DNA of 64,000 nt from Candidatus Latescibacterota bacterium. Lineage in GTDB: Bacteria > Latescibacterota > UBA2968 > GCA-2709665. Positions 46,170 to 55,730 of the stretch are shown here, piece by piece. The DNA is taken from positions 5,280,001 to 5,344,000 of the forward strand of contig OZ244937.1 of NCBI GenBank assembly GCA_965222075.1, given 5' to 3'. Made by a program: the position numbers and the translations under genes. The notes beneath the pieces are model-generated. The model made no database searches. It had not been told where the DNA came from and saw only the letters and a list, made by a program, of their open reading frames with translations. Every line of letters begins with the position of its first letter. The stretch's first letter is position 1.

Positions 46170-46262
46170 TGTGGGTAAATCCCCCTCGGTCTTATAAAAA
46201 GGGGCCAGGGAGGGATTTCCGGAGTTGTCGGGCCTTATGGATCATTCATTGAGGAGGTTAGA

Positions 46263-48563
46263 GTGATGAAAAAGCTTTACACATTCGGGACGGTTACCGT
46301 CCTTCTCGGCCTGCTGCTGTGGTACTCGGTCCCTGTGAGGTCACAGACGCTCGAGATCGCGGATAAGCAGCGATTCCAGACCCGTGCAAAGGTCTGGGAT
46401 ATATTCTGGAACAACGGCATCCAAGGGGTGTGGGAGCAAAATCGCATTAGTTTCCACCGGCACGTGGGCATGCAGTACCCCGGCCTCTTCACGGTCGACT
46501 ATGCGGAGGACTTCGTAAACTACTGGGGTGTGCGGTTTTGGAGAGGATTTGGATCTCAGACGAGGGCCTGGTACACCCAATTCACGGCCCTTATGCCGGG
46601 CTTCCACACCTTCGTTTCGACGGTGGTGGACGGGGATTACCACGTTTCGGAGTCGAAGGCGGCTCACGCGTCGGATGATATTACGCTAATGGCCTACGAT
46701 CCGTCGGTGGGGCCGGAGGCGAACATCGGCTATGCGAACCGTTCTCCCCTGGGTCCTGTTATGTCCAACTGGTGGCCAGGCCAGCCTCTGCCGGGAAGTA
46801 AAGAGGTGGTCGAGATCCACAACTTCCGGTACGGCCAGTATATGGAGCCGGACAAGGACATGTTTGCGGAAGATATCCTCATCATACACTACACCACAAA
46901 GCGGGGGATCACGGTAACCAAGAAGGTCTACGCGTGGAGCTACTTAGACTACGACGATTTTGAGATTATGGAGTATACGTTCGAGAACACCGGGGACTCC
47001 GACGGGGATGGGGTCGCGGATCTGAACGGTGGGGCGGGACTGCAGCTCAACGATACCTTCCTTGTCTTCGGGACCCGCTTCTTTATGTCGCAGGCCGGGC
47101 ACGTGTGGCGGAACTACAGTGGCTGGTATCGAACTGTGACTACTGAGGTGCTGGATGACGTGTACAAGTTTACGGAGGCGGACAACTACGACGGTCCGGC
47201 GTCCGGACAGGGGCTGAAGATGTGGTATTCGTTCGACGGAGACAACCCGCTCTTTCCGGGGGACGACCTGGGTCAGCCTTTCAGCTTTGGGAAATCCATT
47301 TGGCAAGAGATAGGTCCATTCCGGAGTGAGGGCGAGATCACGGCCTACCAATATGCGGGCGTTGCGCCGATCGCCTACACACCCGGGGCCGCCAACGATC
47401 CGGCCACGTGGACCTACGACACCGGAGGTGACGCGAGCTTTGTGGCGCCCAGAGTGGCCGACCAACCCCATACCGTGAGGTGGTGGCCATTTCGTACCCG
47501 GTACGACTACGACGAGCCGGACTCAAAGACGAATACCTGGGAGGAGATGTACAACCAGTTCGCCGGTCCCGCGCCTTCGATCAAGGCCAATTCGATGGAG
47601 CCCGGGGCGCTGCACGGCTCGTTTGCCTACGGCCCCTACGACCTGGCGCCCGGAGACAAGGTCAGGATCGTGTTGGCTTTGGTGGCGGCAGCTCCAGTTG
47701 AAGAGAATTTCCTGGCGTGGGCGAAACTGGGGAAGCAGGAGGAGATGCGCACGGACAAGGCATTCAACAACCTGGTCAAGCACCTCAACAAGGCCAAAGA
47801 GGCATTCCAGTGGGGTTACGACCTCCCCGATCCTCCGCCTGACGTGGGTGTGACTGTGGACGTCACGCCCGATGCGAACAACCTGTTGATCTGGAGCGCC
47901 GAGTCGGACGACACGACCGATCCGGACTATTCGGACGGTACGGGGAAGGACGTGGCGGGCTACCGGGTGTATCGGTCGGATTTCAATCTGTACGATTGGA
48001 AGCTTATCCAAGAAATTCCCGTGAAGGATCCGAAGTATCTTAAAGGGGACAAATACGAGTACGCCGACCCGAAGTCCCAGGCCGGATTTGAGTATCTTTA
48101 CAACGTCCGCAGCTACGACACGGGTCACGCCGATTGGAACGGGACCGGAATCGCCATTCCCTCTTTAGAGAGCGGGAACGGCTCCCCCGAGCAGTGGGCA
48201 AACGGTGTCCAAACCAATAGTCCCTTCGCGCCTGTCACCTCTGAGGCGGACCGATTGCAGAGGAAGGTGGTCGTGGTCCCCAACCCGTACAAAATCGACG
48301 GCGCCCATTCCTACCCGGGGGGAGGGGCTATCCGGTTTACCAATATCCCGCGCAAGTGCGAGATCAGGATCTTCACGATGGCCGGGGAGCTTTTTGCGAC
48401 GATCCCACACGACAGTCCGACGCAGGGCGAGGTGACCTGGACCCAGCTCCCCGATACCTGGATTGAGACCGCTCCTGCCGGGATCTATTTCTTCATAGTC
48501 GAATCGCGGGTGCCAGGGAGCGAGGGGCAGGTGCAGCGAGGCACTTTTGCAGTCGTCAAGTGA
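46263..48563 (+). CDS. Secreted protein with an FN3-like domain and T9SS-CTD-like tail (2)
   Basis: SPI signal (VRS-Q); NWWPG, DYDDF, FENTGDSDGD and YGPYDLAPGDKV shared with copy 1; tail VVPNPY...GTFAVVK. Confidence 0.75.
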   Translation: MMKKLYTFGTVTVLLGLLLWYSVPVRSQTLEIADKQRFQTRAKVWDIFWNNGIQGVWEQNRISFHRHVGMQYPGLFTVDYAEDFVNYWGVRFWRGFGSQTRAWYTQFTALMPGFHTFVSTVVDGDYHVSESKAAHASDDITLMAYDPSVGPEANIGYANRSPLGPVMSNWWPGQPLPGSKEVVEIHNFRYGQYMEPDKDMFAEDILIIHYTTKRGITVTKKVYAWSYLDYDDFEIMEYTFENTGDSDGDGVADLNGGAGLQLNDTFLVFGTRFFMSQAGHVWRNYSGWYRTVTTEVLDDVYKFTEADNYDGPASGQGLKMWYSFDGDNPLFPGDDLGQPFSFGKSIWQEIGPFRSEGEITAYQYAGVAPIAYTPGAANDPATWTYDTGGDASFVAPRVADQPHTVRWWPFRTRYDYDEPDSKTNTWEEMYNQFAGPAPSIKANSMEPGALHGSFAYGPYDLAPGDKVRIVLALVAAAPVEENFLAWAKLGKQEEMRTDKAFNNLVKHLNKAKEAFQWGYDLPDPPPDVGVTVDVTPDANNLLIWSAESDDTTDPDYSDGTGKDVAGYRVYRSDFNLYDWKLIQEIPVKDPKYLKGDKYEYADPKSQAGFEYLYNVRSYDTGHADWNGTGIAIPSLESGNGSPEQWANGVQTNSPFAPVTSEADRLQRKVVVVPNPYKIDGAHSYPGGGAIRFTNIPRKCEIRIFTMAGELFATIPHDSPTQGEVTWTQLPDTWIETAPAGIYFFIVESRVPGSEGQVQRGTFAVVK

Positions 48564-48653
48564 GCCTGCACAGGGCCATTCTGCGAGTGCATAGAGGCAT
48601 CCGGAAGACCTTCCGCGATGTTCCGAATCGGATTGGAGAGAGGAGATAGGGCC

Positions 48654-49610
48654 ATGAAAAGATTATTTTGGACAGGCGTGACGGTAATCGCGATCTGCGC
48701 GTGGCTTTTGCCGCAGTATGCCCAGGGGGCATCCCCTCAGAAGCGGCTTGGACGGGTGGTGTTCCCTGTGTTGAAGATAGACCAAGGAGCGCGCAGTGCA
48801 GGCATGGGCGGGGCATATGTGTCGGTCGCCAACGACATTAACTCCATTTTTGTGAATTCAGCGGGACTGGCCTACATTGAGAATGGAGAGTATACGGTCT
48901 CCTACACTCGATGGCTGGTGGATTCTCAGTTTTACTCCGGCGCGGTCGCCTATAACATCGGGAATGGGGTTCTGGGGGTGAGCGTGCTGGCCTTTACGCC
49001 GGAGAAGGTCGAAGAGACGACGATCTTCCAGCCACAGGGAACGGAGAGAATGTTGAGCTTGGGGGACCTCAGCATCGGTTTGGCCTACGCCAAGAAGATG
49101 ACGGACAGGCTCACGTTCGGTGTCCAGTTCCGTTGGACGCAGGAGACGCTGGACCTGGATAGGCTAAGCGCCTATGATGTGAGCATGGGGACCTTTTTTG
49201 ACACGGGATTCAGAAGCCTGCGGTTGGCCATGGCGATCAAGAACCTGGGAAGCAAGCAGAAGATTTTCGAACTCAATTACCACATGCCAACCACCTTCAC
49301 TTTTGGGTTCGCTATGGAGGTGTTTGGGGTGAAGGGCGAGCCGGCGTATTTGACGGTTACGGGAGAGAACTTCTTGGCCCCGGATTATGCGTCTCCACAG
49401 TATCGGCTGGGCGGAGAATTGTGGTTTCAGGATACACTGGCGCTTCGGGGGGGACGTAAGATCAACTTCGATGCGGAGACTTACAGCCTCGGAGTGGGGA
49501 TCAAATTCCGGCCGGTGGAGGGGAAGGAGATGCGTGCGGACTTCGCCTACACCAGTTTCGGCAATACGTTCAATGCGCCCTTGCGGTTCTCTCTGAGCGG
49601 ATCGTTCTGA
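48654..49610 (+). CDS. PorV/PorQ (UPF0164)-family outer-membrane barrel (2)
   Basis: GARSAGMGGAY...NSAGL; ETTIFQPQGT; PLRFSLSGSF. Confidence 0.85.
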   Translation: MKRLFWTGVTVIAICAWLLPQYAQGASPQKRLGRVVFPVLKIDQGARSAGMGGAYVSVANDINSIFVNSAGLAYIENGEYTVSYTRWLVDSQFYSGAVAYNIGNGVLGVSVLAFTPEKVEETTIFQPQGTERMLSLGDLSIGLAYAKKMTDRLTFGVQFRWTQETLDLDRLSAYDVSMGTFFDTGFRSLRLAMAIKNLGSKQKIFELNYHMPTTFTFGFAMEVFGVKGEPAYLTVTGENFLAPDYASPQYRLGGELWFQDTLALRGGRKINFDAETYSLGVGIKFRPVEGKEMRADFAYTSFGNTFNAPLRFSLSGSF

Positions 49611-49640
49611 ACAGCAGAGGGTTGTGTGTAGAGCCAGGTT

Positions 49641-49708
49641 AAGCCGTTTCTGGGAGCCATTCTTCGTTGTGAAGAGTACACAAGGAGGCTCTCAGAACGG
49701 CTTTTTGT
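49641..49708 (+). terminator. Probable intrinsic terminator of module 2
   Basis: AAGCCGTTTCTGGGAGCC...GGCTCTCAGAACGGCTT followed by TTTGTT. Confidence 0.7.
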
Positions 49709-49745
49709 TGAAGTGCAATGATGTGACGGATGCACGCCGGAAGGG

Positions 49746-49829
49746 GGGAGTCGTGGTGTGCTGGAGGTGTCGGCGGTGAAGGGGGTGACGCTGAAGGAGG
49801 TGCGGGAGGCATTCCTGGCGACGGAGTAG
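49746..49829 (+). pseudogene. Deleted copy of the 3' end of the deacetylase gene 57750-58727
   Basis: Near-identical to about 58587-58695, with 39 bp removed between GGTGAAGG direct repeats. Confidence 0.85.
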
Positions 49830-49857
49830 ATAACCCATTTTTAAGGAGATCTTACCG

Positions 49858-50697
49858 ATGGGAAGGGAAAAAACGGAGACACCAGCGGCGTGCGGTCGTA
49901 CGCAGCGAACAGTCACGACGTGGAACGAGTTCCGTCAGGCCTTTGACGGGGTGCTCAACTTCCTGATGGCCGGCGAATGCGTGCCCTTCTCGTTCGATAT
50001 GCCGCCGGTGGAGCAGGTGATCGACGAGATCCGGCGCGACCCCGACGCCCGCATCGTCAGTGGGGTCAAGGGCGGCAGCCTGGACAGGACGGATACCTCG
50101 GAGCAATTCCGCAAGCTCCCGATCGAAGAGGCTGCGAATGCGCAATTTCAGATGTCGCACTACAGGCTGCCCAACTTATACGGGTCGGGCAAGCTGTTTC
50201 ACGGCTTTGAGGCGCAGGTGATGGAGCCGTGGCGGCAGGCGCTTGTGGCTGCCGGATTCACCTGGACGCGCTGCTACCCGATTGTCTTCAGCAGCGGGCC
50301 TCACTCCGCCACGAACTATCACATGGACCCCTCGAACGTGCTGGCCTGGCAGCGCTGCGGCACCAAGCGCTTCTGCGGGATGAAGGACCCGGACCGCTGG
50401 GCCCCGTTCGATGTGCGCATGGAGGAGCCTGGTGACCAGGTACAACGTCCCGAGGAGATTACCGATGCCGACATACTTTGCTACGAGATGGCGCCCGGCG
50501 ATGTGCTCTGGAACGTGCTGCTCACCCCGCACTGGGTCGAGGCCTCCGACCATGTCACCTACAGCATCAACATTTCCCACGGCGGGCTACGCCTGGACGG
50601 CAGGCTCTGCCCACACGAGCAGGAACTCAAAGACTTTCAGAAGGACCACCCGGAGGTATTCAGGCGAAAAACCTATCCCAAAACCTATTTTAAGTGA
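49858..50697 (+). CDS. JmjC/cupin-like Fe(II) oxygenase
   Basis: NYHMDPSNV...GTKRF; MAPGDVLW....PHWV (HxD...H). Confidence 0.75.
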   Translation: MGREKTETPAACGRTQRTVTTWNEFRQAFDGVLNFLMAGECVPFSFDMPPVEQVIDEIRRDPDARIVSGVKGGSLDRTDTSEQFRKLPIEEAANAQFQMSHYRLPNLYGSGKLFHGFEAQVMEPWRQALVAAGFTWTRCYPIVFSSGPHSATNYHMDPSNVLAWQRCGTKRFCGMKDPDRWAPFDVRMEEPGDQVQRPEEITDADILCYEMAPGDVLWNVLLTPHWVEASDHVTYSINISHGGLRLDGRLCPHEQELKDFQKDHPEVFRRKTYPKTYFK

Positions 50698-50785
50698 GTA
50701 AAAATGCAGGTATGGCTGGCACAGAAGTCTGGGGGCCGAAGCCGAGGGACAACCGGACCGGGGGGTAACGCTAAAGGAGGGCGCA

Positions 50786-51667
50786 ATGGACACAAGCTGT
50801 CTGGACTATCTCATAACCGATGAACAGCGTCAGCATTTTGAGGAGCAGGGCTATCTGATCGTGCGAGACGTCCTTTCCTCAGAGCAGATAGAGGAACTCA
50901 CGGCGGCTGTAGATCGGATCTGGGAAGTAGAGGCGCCCAAGAGCCCGGAGGAGCTCGAATTGTTTGAGCAGCAGAGGGGGTTTATTCCAAAGGGCATTAC
51001 CCCCACGACCTTCCACGTGCCTTTCGTCGGCCGCGAACAGGTCTTTATCGACCTGATCGACCACCCGAAGACCTTTCCCATCATCTGGGGCATCTTAGGC
51101 TGGAACATCCATATCTACGTCACCCACCTGGGTGTCAAGCTTCAGGATGCCCCCGAATCCGAACCGATGAAGGTGCCGCTCAGGTTCCACCAGGACAGCG
51201 GTCGGGTCAACCGCGATATCGAAACGCATCCGAGGCCCCGCCTCTCGCTCAAGGTCAGCTACTGGCTGAACGATGTGTCCGAACCCGGGCGTGGGAATAT
51301 GTACATTATCCCCGGCGGCCATCTCAAGGACACGGTAGAGATCCCCGAAGACCGCAACCCGGACGGTGCGATACCGATTCTGGCCAATCCGGGAGATGCC
51401 GTGTTTTTTGACCGGCGCCTCTGGCACGCGGCAAGTCCCAATCACTCTTCCATCGTCCGGAAGGCCATCTTCTACGGCTATGGCTATCGCTGGATCCACA
51501 ACAGGGACTTCGTTCCCACGCGGCCCGATCTGTTTAAGAGGTGCGACCCGATCCGGCAACAGCTCCTGGGCGCCCAATCCGACTCCGAAGGCGTCTATTC
51601 ACCCTTTGACGAGGATGTGCCGCTGAAACTATGGCTGCAAGCGCATGGGGTGGAAGTTATGGAATAG
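50786..51667 (+). CDS. Phytanoyl-CoA dioxygenase (PhyH) family
   Basis: FEEQGYLIV; FHQD; PGDAVFFDRRLWHAASPN...R. Confidence 0.9.
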   Translation: MDTSCLDYLITDEQRQHFEEQGYLIVRDVLSSEQIEELTAAVDRIWEVEAPKSPEELELFEQQRGFIPKGITPTTFHVPFVGREQVFIDLIDHPKTFPIIWGILGWNIHIYVTHLGVKLQDAPESEPMKVPLRFHQDSGRVNRDIETHPRPRLSLKVSYWLNDVSEPGRGNMYIIPGGHLKDTVEIPEDRNPDGAIPILANPGDAVFFDRRLWHAASPNHSSIVRKAIFYGYGYRWIHNRDFVPTRPDLFKRCDPIRQQLLGAQSDSEGVYSPFDEDVPLKLWLQAHGVEVME

Positions 51668-51746
51668 GGTTCAACGCCTGTCTCCTTTCCCAAAAAGCGG
51701 GCTGACAATTGGGGTTTGGACAAACTCTGATCTGAAAGGGCAAGTT

Positions 51747-52565
51747 ATGTTTAAAGTCTCTTACGACGGCACCAACCGGAAGGTCCTCTGGCAGGAGATG
51801 TGGCGGCACGAATTCGAGGAGGCGCTGAAGCACGACCCCGTGGTCATCCTCCCCACCGGATCGGTAGAGCAGCACGGCCCCCACTGTCCGGTGGACGTGG
51901 ACATCTCCGGGCCCTTCTACATGGCCGTGCAGGCGGCGCAGGCTGTCACGGAGTTCCCCGTCATCGTGGCCCCGCCCGTCTGGTCGGGTTTCACTCACTA
52001 CAACATGGGCTTCCCCGGCACCCTCAGCCTGCGTCTTGAAACTTATCAGAACCTTATCTTCGACATCTGCCAGAGCATCTACGCCAACGGCTTCAAACGG
52101 ATCGTCCTGATCAACGGGCACGGTGGGAACATCTCCCCCAACGACGCGATCATGCACTCCATCTCGGAGGAGAATATCTTCATTATCGCCTTCGGCTGGT
52201 GGGATATTGCGCGGGAGGAGATGGTCCGACTGAGCGAGGCGGATGGGGGCAGCGAGGGGCACGGCGGGGAGTGGGAGACCTCCATACAGCTTTATCTCCG
52301 CCCACACCTCATCGATCACTCCCGCATGGTCGCGGACACTCGCCCCTACCCCTTCAGCCCGGAACTCCGATCGTTTGCCCAGTTGGCGGAGCGTCGGCGG
52401 GACTCCGCAAAGGTCACAGGGACCCACGGCAACCCGTTCGTCGCCTCCGCGGAGAAGGGCGAAAAGGTCGTCTATACCATCGTTCAGAAACTCGTCCAAC
52501 TGGTCCGGGAATATCACACACAGCCGGTGCAGGACTACCGGGAATTCGGAACGCACTGTCCATAA
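51747..52565 (+). CDS. Creatininase-family amidohydrolase
   Basis: PTGSVEQHGPHCPVDVD; NGHGGN; HGGEWETS. Confidence 0.9.
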   Translation: MFKVSYDGTNRKVLWQEMWRHEFEEALKHDPVVILPTGSVEQHGPHCPVDVDISGPFYMAVQAAQAVTEFPVIVAPPVWSGFTHYNMGFPGTLSLRLETYQNLIFDICQSIYANGFKRIVLINGHGGNISPNDAIMHSISEENIFIIAFGWWDIAREEMVRLSEADGGSEGHGGEWETSIQLYLRPHLIDHSRMVADTRPYPFSPELRSFAQLAERRRDSAKVTGTHGNPFVASAEKGEKVVYTIVQKLVQLVREYHTQPVQDYREFGTHCP

Positions 52566-52608
52566 GCGCCATAGAACCCCTGACAGAATGACCGTGGAAG
52601 GCAGGCGA

Positions 52609-52676
52609 TTTCACCATCAGCCGTGGGGCAAGGTAGACATTGGTTTCACCATCAGCCGTAGGGGCGAGATAGACAT
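52609..52676. repeat. Two-copy direct repeat (period 35 bp) with a REP-like GTAGGGGCG
   Basis: TTTCACCATCAGCCGT(A)GGGGC.AG.TAGACAT twice. Confidence 0.75.
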
Positions 52677-52728
52677 CGAATGGGCCTTCTTCTGAGGATC
52701 AAGACAACCTATTCTAAGATAACGAATT

Positions 52729-54702
52729 ATGCCAAAGATTACGAGAATGGCCGAGGCACAACCGGAGCGGGGGGTGACGCTCCGGGCGGTCGCCTTCGGA
52801 CTCTGCCTCTGCGTCGCTGTGAGCCTGCTGGACAATACGATCCTCTACCTCATGCGTGGGTCGCGTCTGAACGAAAGCCACATGCCGATGGCAAACCTCA
52901 TCATCTGCCTGCTGTCGATGCTGGTATTCGCTGCGCTGGCCCGGTGGTTCGGCCGTTGGTTTGTCTTCTCTTCGACAGAGTGGATCACGGTCTTCTGCAT
53001 GGGGTTCATGAGCACGCCTGGGTCTACCTACGGCGGCGGCGGCGCCCTCATTGGCCAGATCGCAACCCTGTATTACTTTGCAAGCCCGGAGAACCAGTGG
53101 GCCGAGTACCTCCACGCCCACCTGCCGACGTGGTTCGTCCCCACAAACAAAGGTCAGGTGATGACGTGGTTCTACGAGGGGCTCCCCCAGGGGATGTCCA
53201 TCCCCTGGGAGGTGTGGATCGTTCCGCTTTTCTGGTGGTTTTCGTTTTACGGTTCCCTGGCGCTGGCCGCGGCGTGCGTCTCAATCATCATACACCGGCA
53301 GTGGTCGGAGAACGAGAGACTGGTATATCCGGTGATCACGCCAGTTGTAGAGATGATGACGCAGGCGGGGACGGGGAAACGGGTGTTGCCGGAGTTTATG
53401 AGAGGGAAGGCGTTCTGGGCGGGGTTCACGCTGACGTCTTTCGTGTTCTGGTGGAACATGATCTCCTGGTTCTACCCGGGATTCCCAACCTTTCCGACGG
53501 TGAAGAACATATGGATCCATTTGCCGCAGCCCTATCCTCCCTTCAGGTTCATTCTGAACACGGCGGTCATCTGTTTTTCCTACTTCGCCAGCCTGGAGGT
53601 GCTGTTCAGCATCTGGTTTTTCGATCTTGTGTTCATCCTGGAAGGGGGCTTTCTGAACCGGATCGGCATCCCGGCCACGACTTCGTATCGTGTACTCATT
53701 AACGGACCCTATATGTGGCAGACGGCCGGGACCTTCATCAGTCTGGTCCTCTGGTGGCTGTGGATCTCCCGGCGGTATCTCCGGGACGTCTTCCGGAAGG
53801 CGCTGCACCCGGACCGTTCCCCGGTCGACGACAGCCGGGAGCTGCTCTCCTACCGGGGGGCGACGATCGGCCTGATCTGCAGTGTTATCTACATGGCGTT
53901 CTGGCACGGACGGGTCGGCATGGAGGTCAAGTTCATCCTCGTGCTGGTTCCCGCTACGTTGTTCCTCTACCTCGGCGTGGCGAAGTTTCTGGCCGATTCG
54001 GGATTCATCTATGTCCGGACGCCGTGCTACCCGGGGGATTTCTCCCTGTTTGCCTTCGGCCGCGCGGACCTGCATGCCTCTACGCACGCGGCCCTTGGTA
54101 TGTCGTGGTTTGTCCTCACCAGTACGAGAGGGTTCGCGATGCCGGTGATGACCCACGTCAATCGTTTAGCTGACTTCGTGCCGAAGGACAAGCGTCGGCT
54201 CTTCTGGGCGATTGGCGCGGCGTTCGCTGTTGGGTTGACCACCTCCACGTTCTACACGATCTGGCTGGGTTACACGGTGGGGGGCTACAACTTCCGGCCC
54301 GACTGGCTGCCCTTCGCGGGCTGGTGGTCCTACCAGTGGGCCGTAGACCAGATCAGGGATCCCAAGCCGGTGGAGATGATCAACTACTGGTTTTTCTTAG
54401 CCGGAGTGGGGTTCATGGTCTTCCTGAACCTGATGCGCTACCGCTTCACCTGGTGGCCGTTGCATCCGATCGGGTTCATCATCTCCGGCATTTCGGTTTC
54501 ACGGCTGACCAGCGTTACCATCCTGATTGCGTGGTTGATCAAATTCGTCATGCTTAAGTTCATCGGGCCGTCGTTCTACCGGAAGTCGAAGCCGTTTTTT
54601 ATCGGCATGCTGATCGGCTACATCTTAGTCGTGACCGCAGGGATAGCGGTAGACGCCATCTGGTTTCCTGAGCGGGGGCATGTGGTGCATAAGTGGTATT
54701 GA
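52729..54702 (+). CDS. DUF6785/DUF6784-like polytopic membrane protein (2)
   Basis: YYFASPENQW; SIPWEVWIVPLFWW; RQWSENERLVYP; WWPLHPIG; paralog of 33613-35643. Confidence 0.8.
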   Translation: MPKITRMAEAQPERGVTLRAVAFGLCLCVAVSLLDNTILYLMRGSRLNESHMPMANLIICLLSMLVFAALARWFGRWFVFSSTEWITVFCMGFMSTPGSTYGGGGALIGQIATLYYFASPENQWAEYLHAHLPTWFVPTNKGQVMTWFYEGLPQGMSIPWEVWIVPLFWWFSFYGSLALAAACVSIIIHRQWSENERLVYPVITPVVEMMTQAGTGKRVLPEFMRGKAFWAGFTLTSFVFWWNMISWFYPGFPTFPTVKNIWIHLPQPYPPFRFILNTAVICFSYFASLEVLFSIWFFDLVFILEGGFLNRIGIPATTSYRVLINGPYMWQTAGTFISLVLWWLWISRRYLRDVFRKALHPDRSPVDDSRELLSYRGATIGLICSVIYMAFWHGRVGMEVKFILVLVPATLFLYLGVAKFLADSGFIYVRTPCYPGDFSLFAFGRADLHASTHAALGMSWFVLTSTRGFAMPVMTHVNRLADFVPKDKRRLFWAIGAAFAVGLTTSTFYTIWLGYTVGGYNFRPDWLPFAGWWSYQWAVDQIRDPKPVEMINYWFFLAGVGFMVFLNLMRYRFTWWPLHPIGFIISGISVSRLTSVTILIAWLIKFVMLKFIGPSFYRKSKPFFIGMLIGYILVVTAGIAVDAIWFPERGHVVHKWY

Positions 54703-54722
54703 TGAGGCGCTGGAGGTTTGAG

Positions 54723-55730
54723 ATGGCAGATTACCACGTTATCCTGAGCCACTATCTCGGTTACGGACCCTACGAGGAGGAGCGGGACCGACTTGCTGCA
54801 AACGGCGCGGCGTTGACCGTGGTTGAGGGAAGCCCCGAGACGGTCAATGACGGGGTGATGGGCCGGTGCGACGTGCTGCTCAACATCGGCTGGGAAGTGA
54901 CGGCGGCGTTGATGGATCGGATGCCGAAGTGCCGCCTGATTACGGTGTATGGCATCGGCACCGACAGCGTGGATCTGGAGGCGGCGACCAAGCGGGGCAT
55001 TGTGGTGAGCAACATCCCGCTGGCGGCGGTGGACGACGTTGCGAACCACGCGGTTATGCTGATGCTGGTCTGTTTGCGACGGGTCGTGGACCTGGATGCT
55101 TCTGTGAGGCGCGGCGATTACGACTGGGAGGTTATGCGGCCCTCGCACAACCCACGGGGCAAGACGCTCGGGCTGGTGGCCTTCGGCAATATTGCGCGCG
55201 CGGTTGCCGCAAAGATGTCGTCCGCGTTTGGGATGCGCGTGATCGCGTACGATCCCTATGTCGCGCCGGAGGTGGGCGAGCAGCAGGGCGTCCGGCTGAC
55301 GACGCTGGAGGAGGTGATGCATGCGTCCGATCTGATCTCCGTCCATGTGCCAATTACGCCAGCGTCGCGTGGGATAATCGGCGAAGCGGAACTTCGGACG
55401 ATGAAGGCGACGGCCTTCCTGATCGTGACCAGCCGGGGTAGTGTGGTAGACGAGGCGGCGCTGGTCCGTGCGCTGAGGGAGGGATGGATCGCCGGGGCCG
55501 GGCTGGATGTGCAGGCCCACGAGCCGCTCCCGCTGAACGACCCGCTGTTGGGTGCGCCGAACCTGATTCTGACGCCGCACTGCGCGGGCCACTCCGAAGA
55601 GTGTATCGCCGAGTTGAAGCGGCTGGCGTGCGAGGCGACGTGCCGGGTGCTTGAGGGGCGCTGGCCCCGCTGGGTGGTCAACAAGACGGTGAAGCCGAAG
55701 GTCGAATTAACCGAAGGGTTGGAGAGATGA
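54723..55730 (+). CDS. D-2-hydroxyacid dehydrogenase family (CtBP-like)
   Basis: GIGTDSVD; GLVAFGNIA; TSRG; DVQAHEP; TPHCAG. Confidence 0.9.
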   Translation: MADYHVILSHYLGYGPYEEERDRLAANGAALTVVEGSPETVNDGVMGRCDVLLNIGWEVTAALMDRMPKCRLITVYGIGTDSVDLEAATKRGIVVSNIPLAAVDDVANHAVMLMLVCLRRVVDLDASVRRGDYDWEVMRPSHNPRGKTLGLVAFGNIARAVAAKMSSAFGMRVIAYDPYVAPEVGEQQGVRLTTLEEVMHASDLISVHVPITPASRGIIGEAELRTMKATAFLIVTSRGSVVDEAALVRALREGWIAGAGLDVQAHEPLPLNDPLLGAPNLILTPHCAGHSEECIAELKRLACEATCRVLEGRWPRWVVNKTVKPKVELTEGLER

